A stretch of 64,000 bases of DNA. It comes from Thermoplasmata archaeon (lineage in GTDB: Archaea > Thermoplasmatota > Thermoplasmata > GCA-020350865). A program made the position numbers and the translations under genes. The stretch is from assembly GCA_020348445.1 (NCBI GenBank), contig CP070751.1, positions 4,353,723 through 4,417,722 on the forward strand. Reading direction: 5' to 3'. How positions within the stretch are numbered: position 1 is the stretch's first letter; every line of letters starts with the position of its first letter. Positions 8,301 through 16,500 of the stretch are shown here, one piece after another. The notes under the pieces were generated by a model, which was given only the letters and a program-made list of their open reading frames with translations, searched no databases and was not told where the DNA came from.

Positions 8301-10384
8301 TAGCATCCATGAACCTTACCATAACAGGCAGTGCAACAGATGCAGATCTAAAGGGGATTTGGGTTTTCCATGATAGTAACCAAAATGGCATATTAGATGA
8401 GACAGTTGATAGAAAACTATCAAATTTGGGCATTGATATAAGCGAGGGCAAGGTAAATATTCCCTTTGAATTAACGATATCTAAAAATGAAGAAGAGACA
8501 TTATTTGTAGCACTGGATATATCTGAAGGAGCAACGGATGAGAAAACTGTTGGATTGCGGATTGCAGAGCCTGTTGATGTTGTCTTCGACCCAGGTGTTT
8601 TGACTCTCATGCCCATTGATTTAGCGAACAGTTACATAGGCAAGGTTGGGGAAAACATCACCATAGATGGTGCATTCGGTGATTGGGATAAGTCCCAAGC
8701 AACGAGCGATACTTCAGATGATGTGCGAAACGGCTACAACAGGGTCGAAAATGGAAACATTGACATAATGCACTACGATACAAGACACAATTTGGAGTTG
8801 CTCGCCTTTTATTTAGATGTTGATGGTACGATGCTTGGAGGCGTAACTGTACCCTGGAACGGGACACGACCCTCTGAGCCTATAAAGGGTGTGCTAAGAG
8901 ACAGTGACGGTGATGGTTATCCAGATCAGGAGGAACCCTCACAATTCAGATATGACTTCGACAACGATGCAGGATTACCTGATGATCCAAATAATCCCGT
9001 GGAGCCAGACACTGGACCAGATGGTGTTGACCATGACAGCGACAACGATGGTATCGAGGATTGGCCTTGGGGTGGAAATGATACTCTCCTTGAGCAGCCG
9101 CGAACAAAAAAGATGAAGTATATAGGAGAGCCTCGTCTTCCATCTAGGCTGCCTGTGGTCACAGGTGAAGATGTGGCTTATATTTTTATCGACGCTGATA
9201 ATGATGTATCAACTGGATATAATGTAAACGAATTAATTGGTGCAGATTTCATGCTCAATATTTCGGGGAAGGGCAACTTAATAACTTCAAAATATCTAAA
9301 CAGATTCAACTCTGCAAATACTAAGGTTTGGGTTTGGAGCATTGTGGGGAATTTGAGTGCAGCCATCGACTCAAACGAGTTGGAAGCTCAGATAGAATTT
9401 TCTGCCCTTGACATTTTGTTAAACGAACCCTTTAATGTCTGGTTTTTCACAACAGATTGGATGGACTCCTATGACCTGTCTGACTTTGGTCTTTCAGATA
9501 CAAGAGGGAGTAGGGGAACCAGGGCTGGAGGCGGATCAAAGGTTGTTTTGAACGAGATTTTTCCAGATGCAAATGGATGGATTGAATTGTACAATACCGG
9601 AAAAAAAGCGGAGGATATAAGTGGATTTACTATAATTTGGGATGGCAATTCTTATACAATTCCACAGGGAACCACAATCCCCTCTGGTGGTTTTCTTGCA
9701 TATGATGTTGGATCCATTTCCAGCTCAGGAACAGTCACCATGAATAATAACAAGGGCCAGCAGGTTGACTCCACAACATATGCCAGTGTACCTTCTGGGG
9801 AGGGTTGGGGAAGATATCCTGACGGAGCAGATAACTGGATATATACCACTCCTACCAAAGCTGCGGCAAATCAACCTGCAGTTCCTCCACCAACTGCTGA
9901 TGTTGTTATCAACGAGGTGTTTCCCGACGCAAACGGTTGGGTTGAGCTTTATAATAATGGTGATAAAAACACAAATATTGGTGGCTGGTACATCGTTTGG
10001 AGCGGGGGAACCTACACAATACCCCCAAATACCAAGATTCAAAAGGGCTCATTTAACACATTTGATGTGGGCAATATACCATCCACCGATACAGTTACAT
10101 TATATGATGTCAACGATGTACAGCAGGACTCTGAATCCTTTGCGAATGTGCTCTCAGGCTATGGATGGGGGAGGTGCCCAGATGGCACGTCCAGCTGGTG
10201 GCTAACAATCCCCACAAAAGACGCAGCAAACACGATCCCGGAATTTTCCGATGCAATTGCACCGATTCTGTTCATCTTTTTCATCTTTGGCCTGATAAAA
10301 AATCGAAGTAAGAAAAAAAGCAAAGAAATCGAAAAGGAAGGGTGTTTAAGGGAACTGGACAAGGTCCTTTGTGAAAGGTCCTAA
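5387..10384 (+). CDS. Giant membrane-spanning protein A: HhH + 9 C4 zinc ribbons + (NGLT/S)n repeat + TM + extracellular module + 2 lamin-tail-like domains + PEF-CTERM
   Basis: 1665 aa ORF. HhH pair (IPDIGRSRAEAFWDAGFRSLEDL..AVKGIGRALAEKI); nine CxxC-x10-CxxC; NGLS/NGLT repeats ~7322-7545; hydrophobic helix ~7580-7650; two VxNEIFPDANGWxELYN lamin-tail-like units; IPEF + hydrophobic helix + KNRSKKK tail. Confidence 0.85.
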   Translation: MPTEDNNTLSCPFCGKEISYGDTKCSNCGRKLIKEKENGTKRGLGRALSEKYWKKITELERRKKKEAEKPQDKEIILGVFSLIPDIGRSRAEAFWDAGFRSLEDLRKASLDEIAAVKGIGRALAEKIQSNLSRPEKRIERGELLICTNCGALLSSSAIRCGLCGVKVQEEELAEEEIIEEEGMEEEPDLYLCPECGSFLAPGAVECGECGAVFEMEEGEEVEEIEPPPKMVKEKEEVEELRALFLCPNCGAFLAPDKEVCDKCGVKTREIEEKIEEEGERERELLEEMLIELEPEIEKVSAEYGEDLSELFICPECGSFLTTGATECSYCGVAFEEEEEVEELEKVEVALERIEAALEKEIEAEEVSAEYGEDLSELFICPECGSFLNIGATECSFCGVVFEEEVEEEIAEPEKEVKVEEVAAEYGEDLSELFICPECGSFLTTGAEKCSYCGVVFEEEEEEVKIEEEAPSLLPKKLPDFWYKKEEEEVYLCPNCGSFLTTGVEECRSCGVKIEPGMEINALAEISGEPKKVPDYWIKEKEPSSLFICPECGAFNKDESTHCSICGVGLKEEVEEELEEEVPLKEVLGEEPIVEEEPLIEEEPLVLEEEIRRKEIDLEEEIAEEIEEEIRSLEVSLEEVKPLKVPGLINGLSNGLSNGLSNGLSNGLSNGLRMRRKSLAGVTNGITNGVTNGLTNGLRRLRLGLVNGLTNGNGITDGVGPIKDALKRASGTIRVVVLVGIVLLLLASPYLINLLIPSRHPMEIDGDFSEWADIPGYSDSLSDLTRNQDVNIVEYKLTINKWGDMAFYLKVNGTILNGIYGMDSVNIFIDEDGNSSTGYRISTLGADKMIGVVGWDHNIYEGAYSQFNMSRSQLDLNGFDVFYKIPVAIGKDKLETKIWLSTLSMELNRPVRILFSARDTAGNEDISDVIISQIYGALKIRETSTAPEKIPKGASRVSMLKLDLNAMGEDISIASMNLTITGSATDADLKGIWVFHDSNQNGILDETVDRKLSNLGIDISEGKVNIPFELTISKNEEETLFVALDISEGATDEKTVGLRIAEPVDVVFDPGVLTLMPIDLANSYIGKVGENITIDGAFGDWDKSQATSDTSDDVRNGYNRVENGNIDIMHYDTRHNLELLAFYLDVDGTMLGGVTVPWNGTRPSEPIKGVLRDSDGDGYPDQEEPSQFRYDFDNDAGLPDDPNNPVEPDTGPDGVDHDSDNDGIEDWPWGGNDTLLEQPRTKKMKYIGEPRLPSRLPVVTGEDVAYIFIDADNDVSTGYNVNELIGADFMLNISGKGNLITSKYLNRFNSANTKVWVWSIVGNLSAAIDSNELEAQIEFSALDILLNEPFNVWFFTTDWMDSYDLSDFGLSDTRGSRGTRAGGGSKVVLNEIFPDANGWIELYNTGKKAEDISGFTIIWDGNSYTIPQGTTIPSGGFLAYDVGSISSSGTVTMNNNKGQQVDSTTYASVPSGEGWGRYPDGADNWIYTTPTKAAANQPAVPPPTADVVINEVFPDANGWVELYNNGDKNTNIGGWYIVWSGGTYTIPPNTKIQKGSFNTFDVGNIPSTDTVTLYDVNDVQQDSESFANVLSGYGWGRCPDGTSSWWLTIPTKDAANTIPEFSDAIAPILFIFFIFGLIKNRSKKKSKEIEKEGCLRELDKVLCERS
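6284..6696 (+). repeat. Three near-identical in-frame direct repeats encoding AEYGEDLSELFICPECGSFL
   Basis: 47-nt exact match between 6284-6330 and 6485-6531; a third copy with few mismatches from 6651. Spacings of 201 and 165 nt are both multiples of 3. Confidence 0.9.
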
Positions 10385-10463
10385 TAAAGAGAATATGTTG
10401 GTTAAGCTTATGAATCATAAACACTTTTATGTCATGCGATTAAGTGGTTTGTGATGTGATAAA

Positions 10464-11333
10464 ATGAAGAAGATCAAGACCGGAGTTTTTGGATTGAATC
10501 CCCTTTTAGACGGAGGGATAAACGAGAACTCCACCACAGCTGTTATTGGAAGCTCTGGTGCTGGAAAAACAACGTTCGCAATTCAATTCATCAGAAAGGG
10601 CCTGGAATCTGGACAGGAATGTATATTTGTGAGTTTAGATGAGAATAAGGAACAGATTATCAGAGAGGCGGTGGAAATGGGGTGGGAGGAGATCATGGAC
10701 TATTTAAAAGAAGAGACCCTGGTGTTCATCGATGCCTCTGGCAAGGATTTTTCAAATTTCATAAGGAAGGAGCTTCACGAATTTGTCGCCGATTGGAAGG
10801 GCGTTGGGGCGAGAATCGCAATCGATCCTTTGACACCCGTTATATGGGCCGTGGAAAATAACTATGAACAAAGGGAGCTTATTACGATGTTGCTTAAGCA
10901 GACAAGAAAGGTGGGCACGGTGCTCTGCACCCTGGAGGAACATGGAACAGAAAGCGATCTTTCCGGAAAGGAAACAATTATCCCAATGTATCTGGCAGAT
11001 TGTGTAATACACCTGCGCTATAAAGCCATGGAGGGCCCAAAAAACAGAATGCTGAAGATAGTTAAGTGTCGAAACAGCTGGCACAGTGAGGATTTCCATC
11101 AATACAGAATCATAAGCGGGTTGGGTTTGGTTGTGCAGCAGGGTGATTTTGAAAAGAAAACGAAAAAGGAGGCACCAGCAGAGCTAATGAAAATGCTTGA
11201 AAAAAACGCAACTTTACTGCCTGAGGGTGTATATACGAAAATGCACAAAACACTGAAAAGTCTTTCAGATTCTGAACTGGGTGATATCACCCATCCCGAA
11301 CTGATACGTTATATAGTCGATGAGTACAGCTGA
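10464..11333 (+). CDS. KaiC/RAD55-like RecA-superfamily ATPase (single domain with C-terminal helical extension)
   Basis: KTGVFGLNPLLDGGI, Walker A GSSGAGKTT, FVSLDE, Walker B RIAID, YLADCVIHL, KIVKCRNS. Confidence 0.88.
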   Translation: MKKIKTGVFGLNPLLDGGINENSTTAVIGSSGAGKTTFAIQFIRKGLESGQECIFVSLDENKEQIIREAVEMGWEEIMDYLKEETLVFIDASGKDFSNFIRKELHEFVADWKGVGARIAIDPLTPVIWAVENNYEQRELITMLLKQTRKVGTVLCTLEEHGTESDLSGKETIIPMYLADCVIHLRYKAMEGPKNRMLKIVKCRNSWHSEDFHQYRIISGLGLVVQQGDFEKKTKKEAPAELMKMLEKNATLLPEGVYTKMHKTLKSLSDSELGDITHPELIRYIVDEYS

Positions 11334-11360
11334 AGCTGTTAGATTTGGATTGTGATGTGA

Positions 11361-12071
11361 ATGCCAAGAGGTGTTGGGAAGGCGTTGGAGAAGGCCATAT
11401 CCCCAAAAGGAGAAAAGGCATCAGATGAGAAAAGAGAAAGAGAAGGTAAGTACGAATTCATGAATAAGAGCCGCCAAGAAATTTTTCAATTTTTATGCTC
11501 CCACCCTTGCAGTTATGTATCAATGATTTCAAAGGCCACAGGACTTTCAATACACGGAATCAATTGGCATCTAAGAAGGCTTATGGAAAGTGGATTTATC
11601 TCTAAAAGGGTCATGGGAAAGAAAACTGTTTTTTATCCCACTGAGATGATTGCAGAAGAAGACATACCAATTCTCGAGGTATTGAATTTAGATAAAGCAA
11701 AGGCCATATATCTTGTTATTCTTGAAAAAATAGGGATTTCGCAGGGGGATATTTGCAAAATATTGGGTTTAAATCATCAAGCTGTTATCTGGTATGCCAA
11801 AAAACTCGAGAATTTAGATCTGATCAGTTCACTGGAAGATGGGAAATACAGAAGATATTATCCGTCCGCACTTTTAATGAAAAAAAAGGATAAATACCAA
11901 AAGAGAATAAAAAACTTCAAAAACAATATAATTGCACGGTTTAAAGGAGAAAGATTATCCCCGACCATCTTAAGGTCCACAGAAGACAAGATAGTGGTGA
12001 GAATAACCCGAGGGACAGAAAAAGCTGTTCTTACCCTGCACACAAATCCGTTCGTTACCGTTCTTACTTGA
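11361..12071 (+). CDS. Transcriptional regulator with two winged-HTH domains (COG3398-like)
   Basis: Two HTH-wing units: RQEIFQFL..HP..ISKATGLSIHGINWHLRRL..GFI and IYLVILEKIGISQGDICKILGLNHQAVIWYAKKLENLDLI..EDGKYRRYY. Confidence 0.8.
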   Translation: MPRGVGKALEKAISPKGEKASDEKREREGKYEFMNKSRQEIFQFLCSHPCSYVSMISKATGLSIHGINWHLRRLMESGFISKRVMGKKTVFYPTEMIAEEDIPILEVLNLDKAKAIYLVILEKIGISQGDICKILGLNHQAVIWYAKKLENLDLISSLEDGKYRRYYPSALLMKKKDKYQKRIKNFKNNIIARFKGERLSPTILRSTEDKIVVRITRGTEKAVLTLHTNPFVTVLT

Positions 12072-12208
12072 ATTACTAGAATATTATATAATGTGCTATT
12101 ATACATTCTATCGTAATCCAAAATAAAAAATCTTACCGTAGAGTGTTTAATAATTATCAAATTAGTAGATTTACATACCAGGATATATATAAGATACAAC
12201 CACTATAT

Positions 12209-12256
12209 TTTCTAATATTAGTAGAATTTCTATTAAGATTCTACTTGGAGTAGAAT
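12209..12256 (+). promoter_or_regulatory. Two 8-3-8 palindromic operators (ATTCTACT-nnn-AGTAGAAT) upstream of a wHTH gene
   Basis: Perfect inverted repeat at 12238-12245/12249-12256; imperfect copy TTTCTAAT-ATT-AGTAGAAT at 12209-12227; both lie between an AT-rich TATA-like stretch (~12183-12192) and the ATG at 12270. Confidence 0.6.
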
Positions 12257-12269
12257 TTGAGGGATTATT

Positions 12270-12878
12270 ATGAGCGTAGAGCATTTTAAAAGTAGAGTGG
12301 ATGCTCTCTCTGGAGAGCACAGTTTAAAGATACTATTTTATCTCAGGGATAGTGATTGGTCCATTGCCTTGGATATTGCACGGGAACTTCGGCTCCATCC
12401 CACAACAGTTGCGAGATATCTTACAAAGATGCACAATGCCGGGATCATATCAAAAAGACCGAAGTGCGTGAAAACTGGAAAGACTTTTGAATACAGATTA
12501 AAATCGAAAAAAATCGATCTAACTTTGGATTTAAGTGAAGAAACTGATTATAAAAGCCCTTGTTCCATTGTGGATTTGATATCAAGAATCATTGATAGAT
12601 TAGAAAAGGTTGGTTGCCCCTTCAATCAAGACATTTTCAAAGATAAAAGAGAAAGGGAAACTTTTACCCTCATCATATCTAAAAAGGGGGACGAGATCTC
12701 CACTTTGAGCAAGAAGGACAAGGAATCTTTTACAAATGCTCTTGAGAGTCTCATCAAATTCTCTGAAAAATCTTATGGTAAATCTGTCACACAGGATATT
12801 GTTCTTTCAGCATGGCGTTCAATGGAGAAAACCGCGGGCGGATTTATGCCAGAATATATTCAGGAGGTGTTAAATTGA
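12270..12878 (+). CDS. ArsR-like winged-HTH transcriptional regulator with C-terminal extension
   Basis: LKILFYL..WSIALDIARELRLHPTTVARYLTKMHNAGIISK...KTFEYRL. Confidence 0.8.
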   Translation: MSVEHFKSRVDALSGEHSLKILFYLRDSDWSIALDIARELRLHPTTVARYLTKMHNAGIISKRPKCVKTGKTFEYRLKSKKIDLTLDLSEETDYKSPCSIVDLISRIIDRLEKVGCPFNQDIFKDKRERETFTLIISKKGDEISTLSKKDKESFTNALESLIKFSEKSYGKSVTQDIVLSAWRSMEKTAGGFMPEYIQEVLN

Positions 12879-13570
12879 AAGTATCATCTGGAATAGAGGG
12901 AGTGGATACCCTTTCTCATGGTGGATATCCTGAAGGTGGAGTGAATCTGATTTCTGGGGTAGCTGGTTCGGCTAAGACACTATTTGCCCTACATTTTCTG
13001 TGCAAAGGCTTGGAAGATAACGAGATGGGGCTTTTAATTACACTGGAAGAGGAGAAGGAAAGCATAGAGAGGGTTATGTCTCTTATGGATATCAATTCCT
13101 CCTCCAGAAAGATCGATATAATAGACCTCGGATTGATAAGAGCAGAGAAGGCCGAGGTTGGGGAGGGAATGGTAGGTTTTTCTGATCTCAAGGATTTCTT
13201 AAGCAGCTTCTTAGCCTCTCATCCCACTAAAAGGATAGTAATAGATTCCATATCTGCCGTGGGTATATATTACAAGGAAATAGAGAAACTCAGAGAAGAG
13301 CTTTTTTCCTTTGTGAGGTTTCTGAGGGGAAATGATGTAACAACAATTCTAACATCGGAGTCTTTAGAGGGAGGCAGTCTCACCAGATTTGGAGTTGAGC
13401 AGTTCCTTGCCGACTCTTTCATTGTTCTAGGTCTTGAAGAGGTCAAAGGCGAACTTAGGAGAACCATCACAATAAGAAAAATGAGGTTCACAAGCCACGA
13501 CACAGCCAAAAGACCGTTTCTAATCACAGAAAAGGGGATAGAGGTCTTTGTCAAAGAAAAGGTCCTATAA
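12875..13570 (+). CDS. KaiC/RAD55-like ATPase (likely TTG start at 12875)
   Basis: GGAGGTG RBS at 12863-12869 precedes a TTG overlapping the upstream stop. KVSSGIEGVDTLSHGGYP, Walker A variant GVAGSAKT, LITLEE, Walker B RIVIDS, GVEQFLAD, RRTITIRKMR. Confidence 0.88.
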   Translation: MKVSSGIEGVDTLSHGGYPEGGVNLISGVAGSAKTLFALHFLCKGLEDNEMGLLITLEEEKESIERVMSLMDINSSSRKIDIIDLGLIRAEKAEVGEGMVGFSDLKDFLSSFLASHPTKRIVIDSISAVGIYYKEIEKLREELFSFVRFLRGNDVTTILTSESLEGGSLTRFGVEQFLADSFIVLGLEEVKGELRRTITIRKMRFTSHDTAKRPFLITEKGIEVFVKEKVL

Positions 13571-16500
13571 TAAAAAAGTAAAAAGTGGGATTTTAGGTTT
13601 CGATCCTCTAATCGAAGGGGGATTCCCAAAAGGCTCATCCATACTCCTTCAGGGCCCCACTGGCTTGGAGAAAGAGCTATTTTATATGCAATTTATAAAG
13701 GAGGGACTTGAAAATGGAGAATCGACTGTAGTTCTTCTTTCTGTAAAATCCCCAGAGAATTTAAAGGATGAGCTGTTGGATTTGGGCTTAGATGTCGAGC
13801 TCCTCCTAGAACAAAAGAGACTCATTATCATCGACTGGTGCTCTTGGAAAACTGAAAATATAGTATACATTCAGGAGGAGGGATCAATTCTCAGGTGCGC
13901 GGCAGACATAATGAACGTGAGCATAGCCCTTGGTAAGGCCCTTTCCATGATTAAGGGTGAACGCATCAGGGCAGCAGGAGATATTCTTTCAGACGCCCTT
14001 AATTCGGAGACTCTAAGGACAGTATACGAGTTTGCTAAAGGGTGCAAGGTCAAGTTCGATGAGAAAGGCGTAACTGCGCTATTTACTCTAGAAAAGGAAA
14101 TACATGATCCAGAAACAATATCAAAACTTCAAACCCCTTTCGATGGCATCATAGATATAGAGCGGGAGAAAATTGAAAATAAAGTGGTAAGAAAGATAGG
14201 AATACTCGCGATGAAAAATTCTTCTATTCCATCTCATTACGAGGATCTTAATATTGGTAAAAACGAGGTATTTATTGGAGAACTTCCCAAAAGGAAGGAT
14301 AAGACCTCGAAAGAAAAAAGTAAATCCAAGAAATCAAAATCTTCCAAAGCTTCCAAAACCCATTCTGCCCCCAAAAAATCCAAATCATCAAAGAAGTCGG
14401 ATAAGTCAAAAAAATCCAAGTCATCTAAAGAGTCGAAACCATCTAAATCACCTGAGACTTCCAAAAGCCGTCCCCCCTCTAAAAAACCAAAATCGCTTAA
14501 AACATCAAAAAAGCCAAGGTCCTCAACAAAATCTAAATCGTCCAAATCCCCTAAAAAGCCCAAATCATCCAAAGCTCGTAAATCCTCCAAATCATCTGTA
14601 TCTTCTAAGAAAACTAAACAAACAAAATCACCCGAGCCTGATCTTCTTCCAGTTACCGAAGAATCACAAGATGCGGAGCTTGAAGAAAAGGAAGTGAAAG
14701 TAGAAGAGAAGGTAGAAGAAAAACCAAAACAATCCATTTATCTTTGTGTCGAGTGTGGAGCTTTTATAGGTAAACAGGGTGAGAAATGTAGCATTTGCGG
14801 TGCCGTATTTTTCGAAGAGGAAGAAACCGAAGATGAAGAAGATGAAGGGGAAAATATCCCTGAGATCGAGAGGGAGGAAATTGACAGTCATGACCTATAC
14901 CTATGTCCAGAATGCGGAGCTCTATTATCACCTGATGCTGAAATCTGTATCAATTGCGGATCAAGTTTGGAAGAGGAGGAATCAGAAGGGGAGGAACCAG
15001 AAGACGAGTCAACATCCGAGCCTGAGAATGTGCCAGACCTATTGGATAGTGAGCCTAAGACAGAGATTTTTCTATGTCCGGAATGTGGTGCTCTATTGGG
15101 TCCAGATGCTGAAATCTGTGTAAATTGCGGATCAAGTATAAAAGATGTGGAATTCCAAGAAGAGGATATTATATCAGAACTCGAGGATGTTCTGGATTTT
15201 GTAACTCATGATAAGGAAACAGAGATTTTTTTATGTCCTGAGTGCGGGGCCTTCATAAGTTCCATGGTAAATGAATGCTCAATTTGCGGTGTCGTATTTG
15301 AAGAAGAGGAAGGCATTGAGTCAGTCGAAGAAGAGACTATCTTGAAATCTGAAGAAGTACCAGATTTCTGGTATAGAAAAGAGCATGCAATGCCCTACAT
15401 ATGCCCTTGGTGTGGGGCTTTTATCAAAGCAGGGGAGACATGGTGTGATATATGCAATGCAGAAATTGTTTCAGGAAAGCAACATGTTACAGAACCATCA
15501 GAAGAAGAGGATTTTTCACCATTATGGATCCCATCAGAGAATCTATGCCCAAAATGCGGTGCATTCAATGCCAATGATGCCCAGGGTTGTTCAGTCTGCG
15601 GTAAACAAATAAAAGAAGAAATACGAACAGTTGAAGAGGAAATCACACAACAAGAAAGCACATATGATGCAAAAATCGAGGACGAAATCGAGAATTTAAT
15701 TGCCTTACTAGAGGAATTTGATACTGAAGAAGAAGAGAGTTTGACCAGTAGCCCAAAAATAGATATTAAATATGATAGAAAAGACGCAATAGGGATCACT
15801 AATGGACTTACAAATGGCTTAAAAGCACGTACAAGTAAAGTGAGAAAGTGTTTCATAAATGGCATTACAAACGGCATAAAAACGCCAAAAAGAGGAATGA
15901 CAAATGGTCTTACCAACGGTATGATAATGGAGCTTAAAGCCCTAAGAGATGGATTCACAAACGGTAAAGGGATATCAAATGGTCTGACCAACGGTCTAAC
16001 AAATGGTCTTACTAATGGATTGAGAAGGCTGAGAAGGGGAATTACAAACGGAATCACCAACGGAAACGGAATAACCAATGGAATTGGCCCCGTCAAAGAG
16101 ACCATGGTCAAAAAGGCAAAGATTAGTAAAATTCTAGTTACCATTGGCCTTGTGATGTTGCTCTTCATCTCGCCCTTTCTAATAAGTTCATTTGTTCCTT
16201 CCCATGAGCCTCTCCAAATCGATGGTAACTTCAGCGATTGGGATAATTTTATGAGGTATTCGGATTCCCTAACAGACCAAACAAAAAACCAAGATATCAA
16301 TATAGAGGAATTCAAGGTAACTCACAATAGATGGGGTGAAATTGCATTCTATCTCAAAGTCAGGGGCACATTGCTTTCGGGTCAATATGGATTGGACTCG
16401 GTTCATATATTCATAGATGAAGACGATAACACCGAAACAGGCTACCGTATAAGGACGATTGGAGCCGATAAACTGATCTTTATTACAGGATGGAATAACA

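Noticed and set aside
10464-14290. Circadian clock interpretation of the KaiC-like genes
   Set aside because: They are single-domain RecA-fold proteins with no KaiA/KaiB neighbours and no double-domain KaiC.
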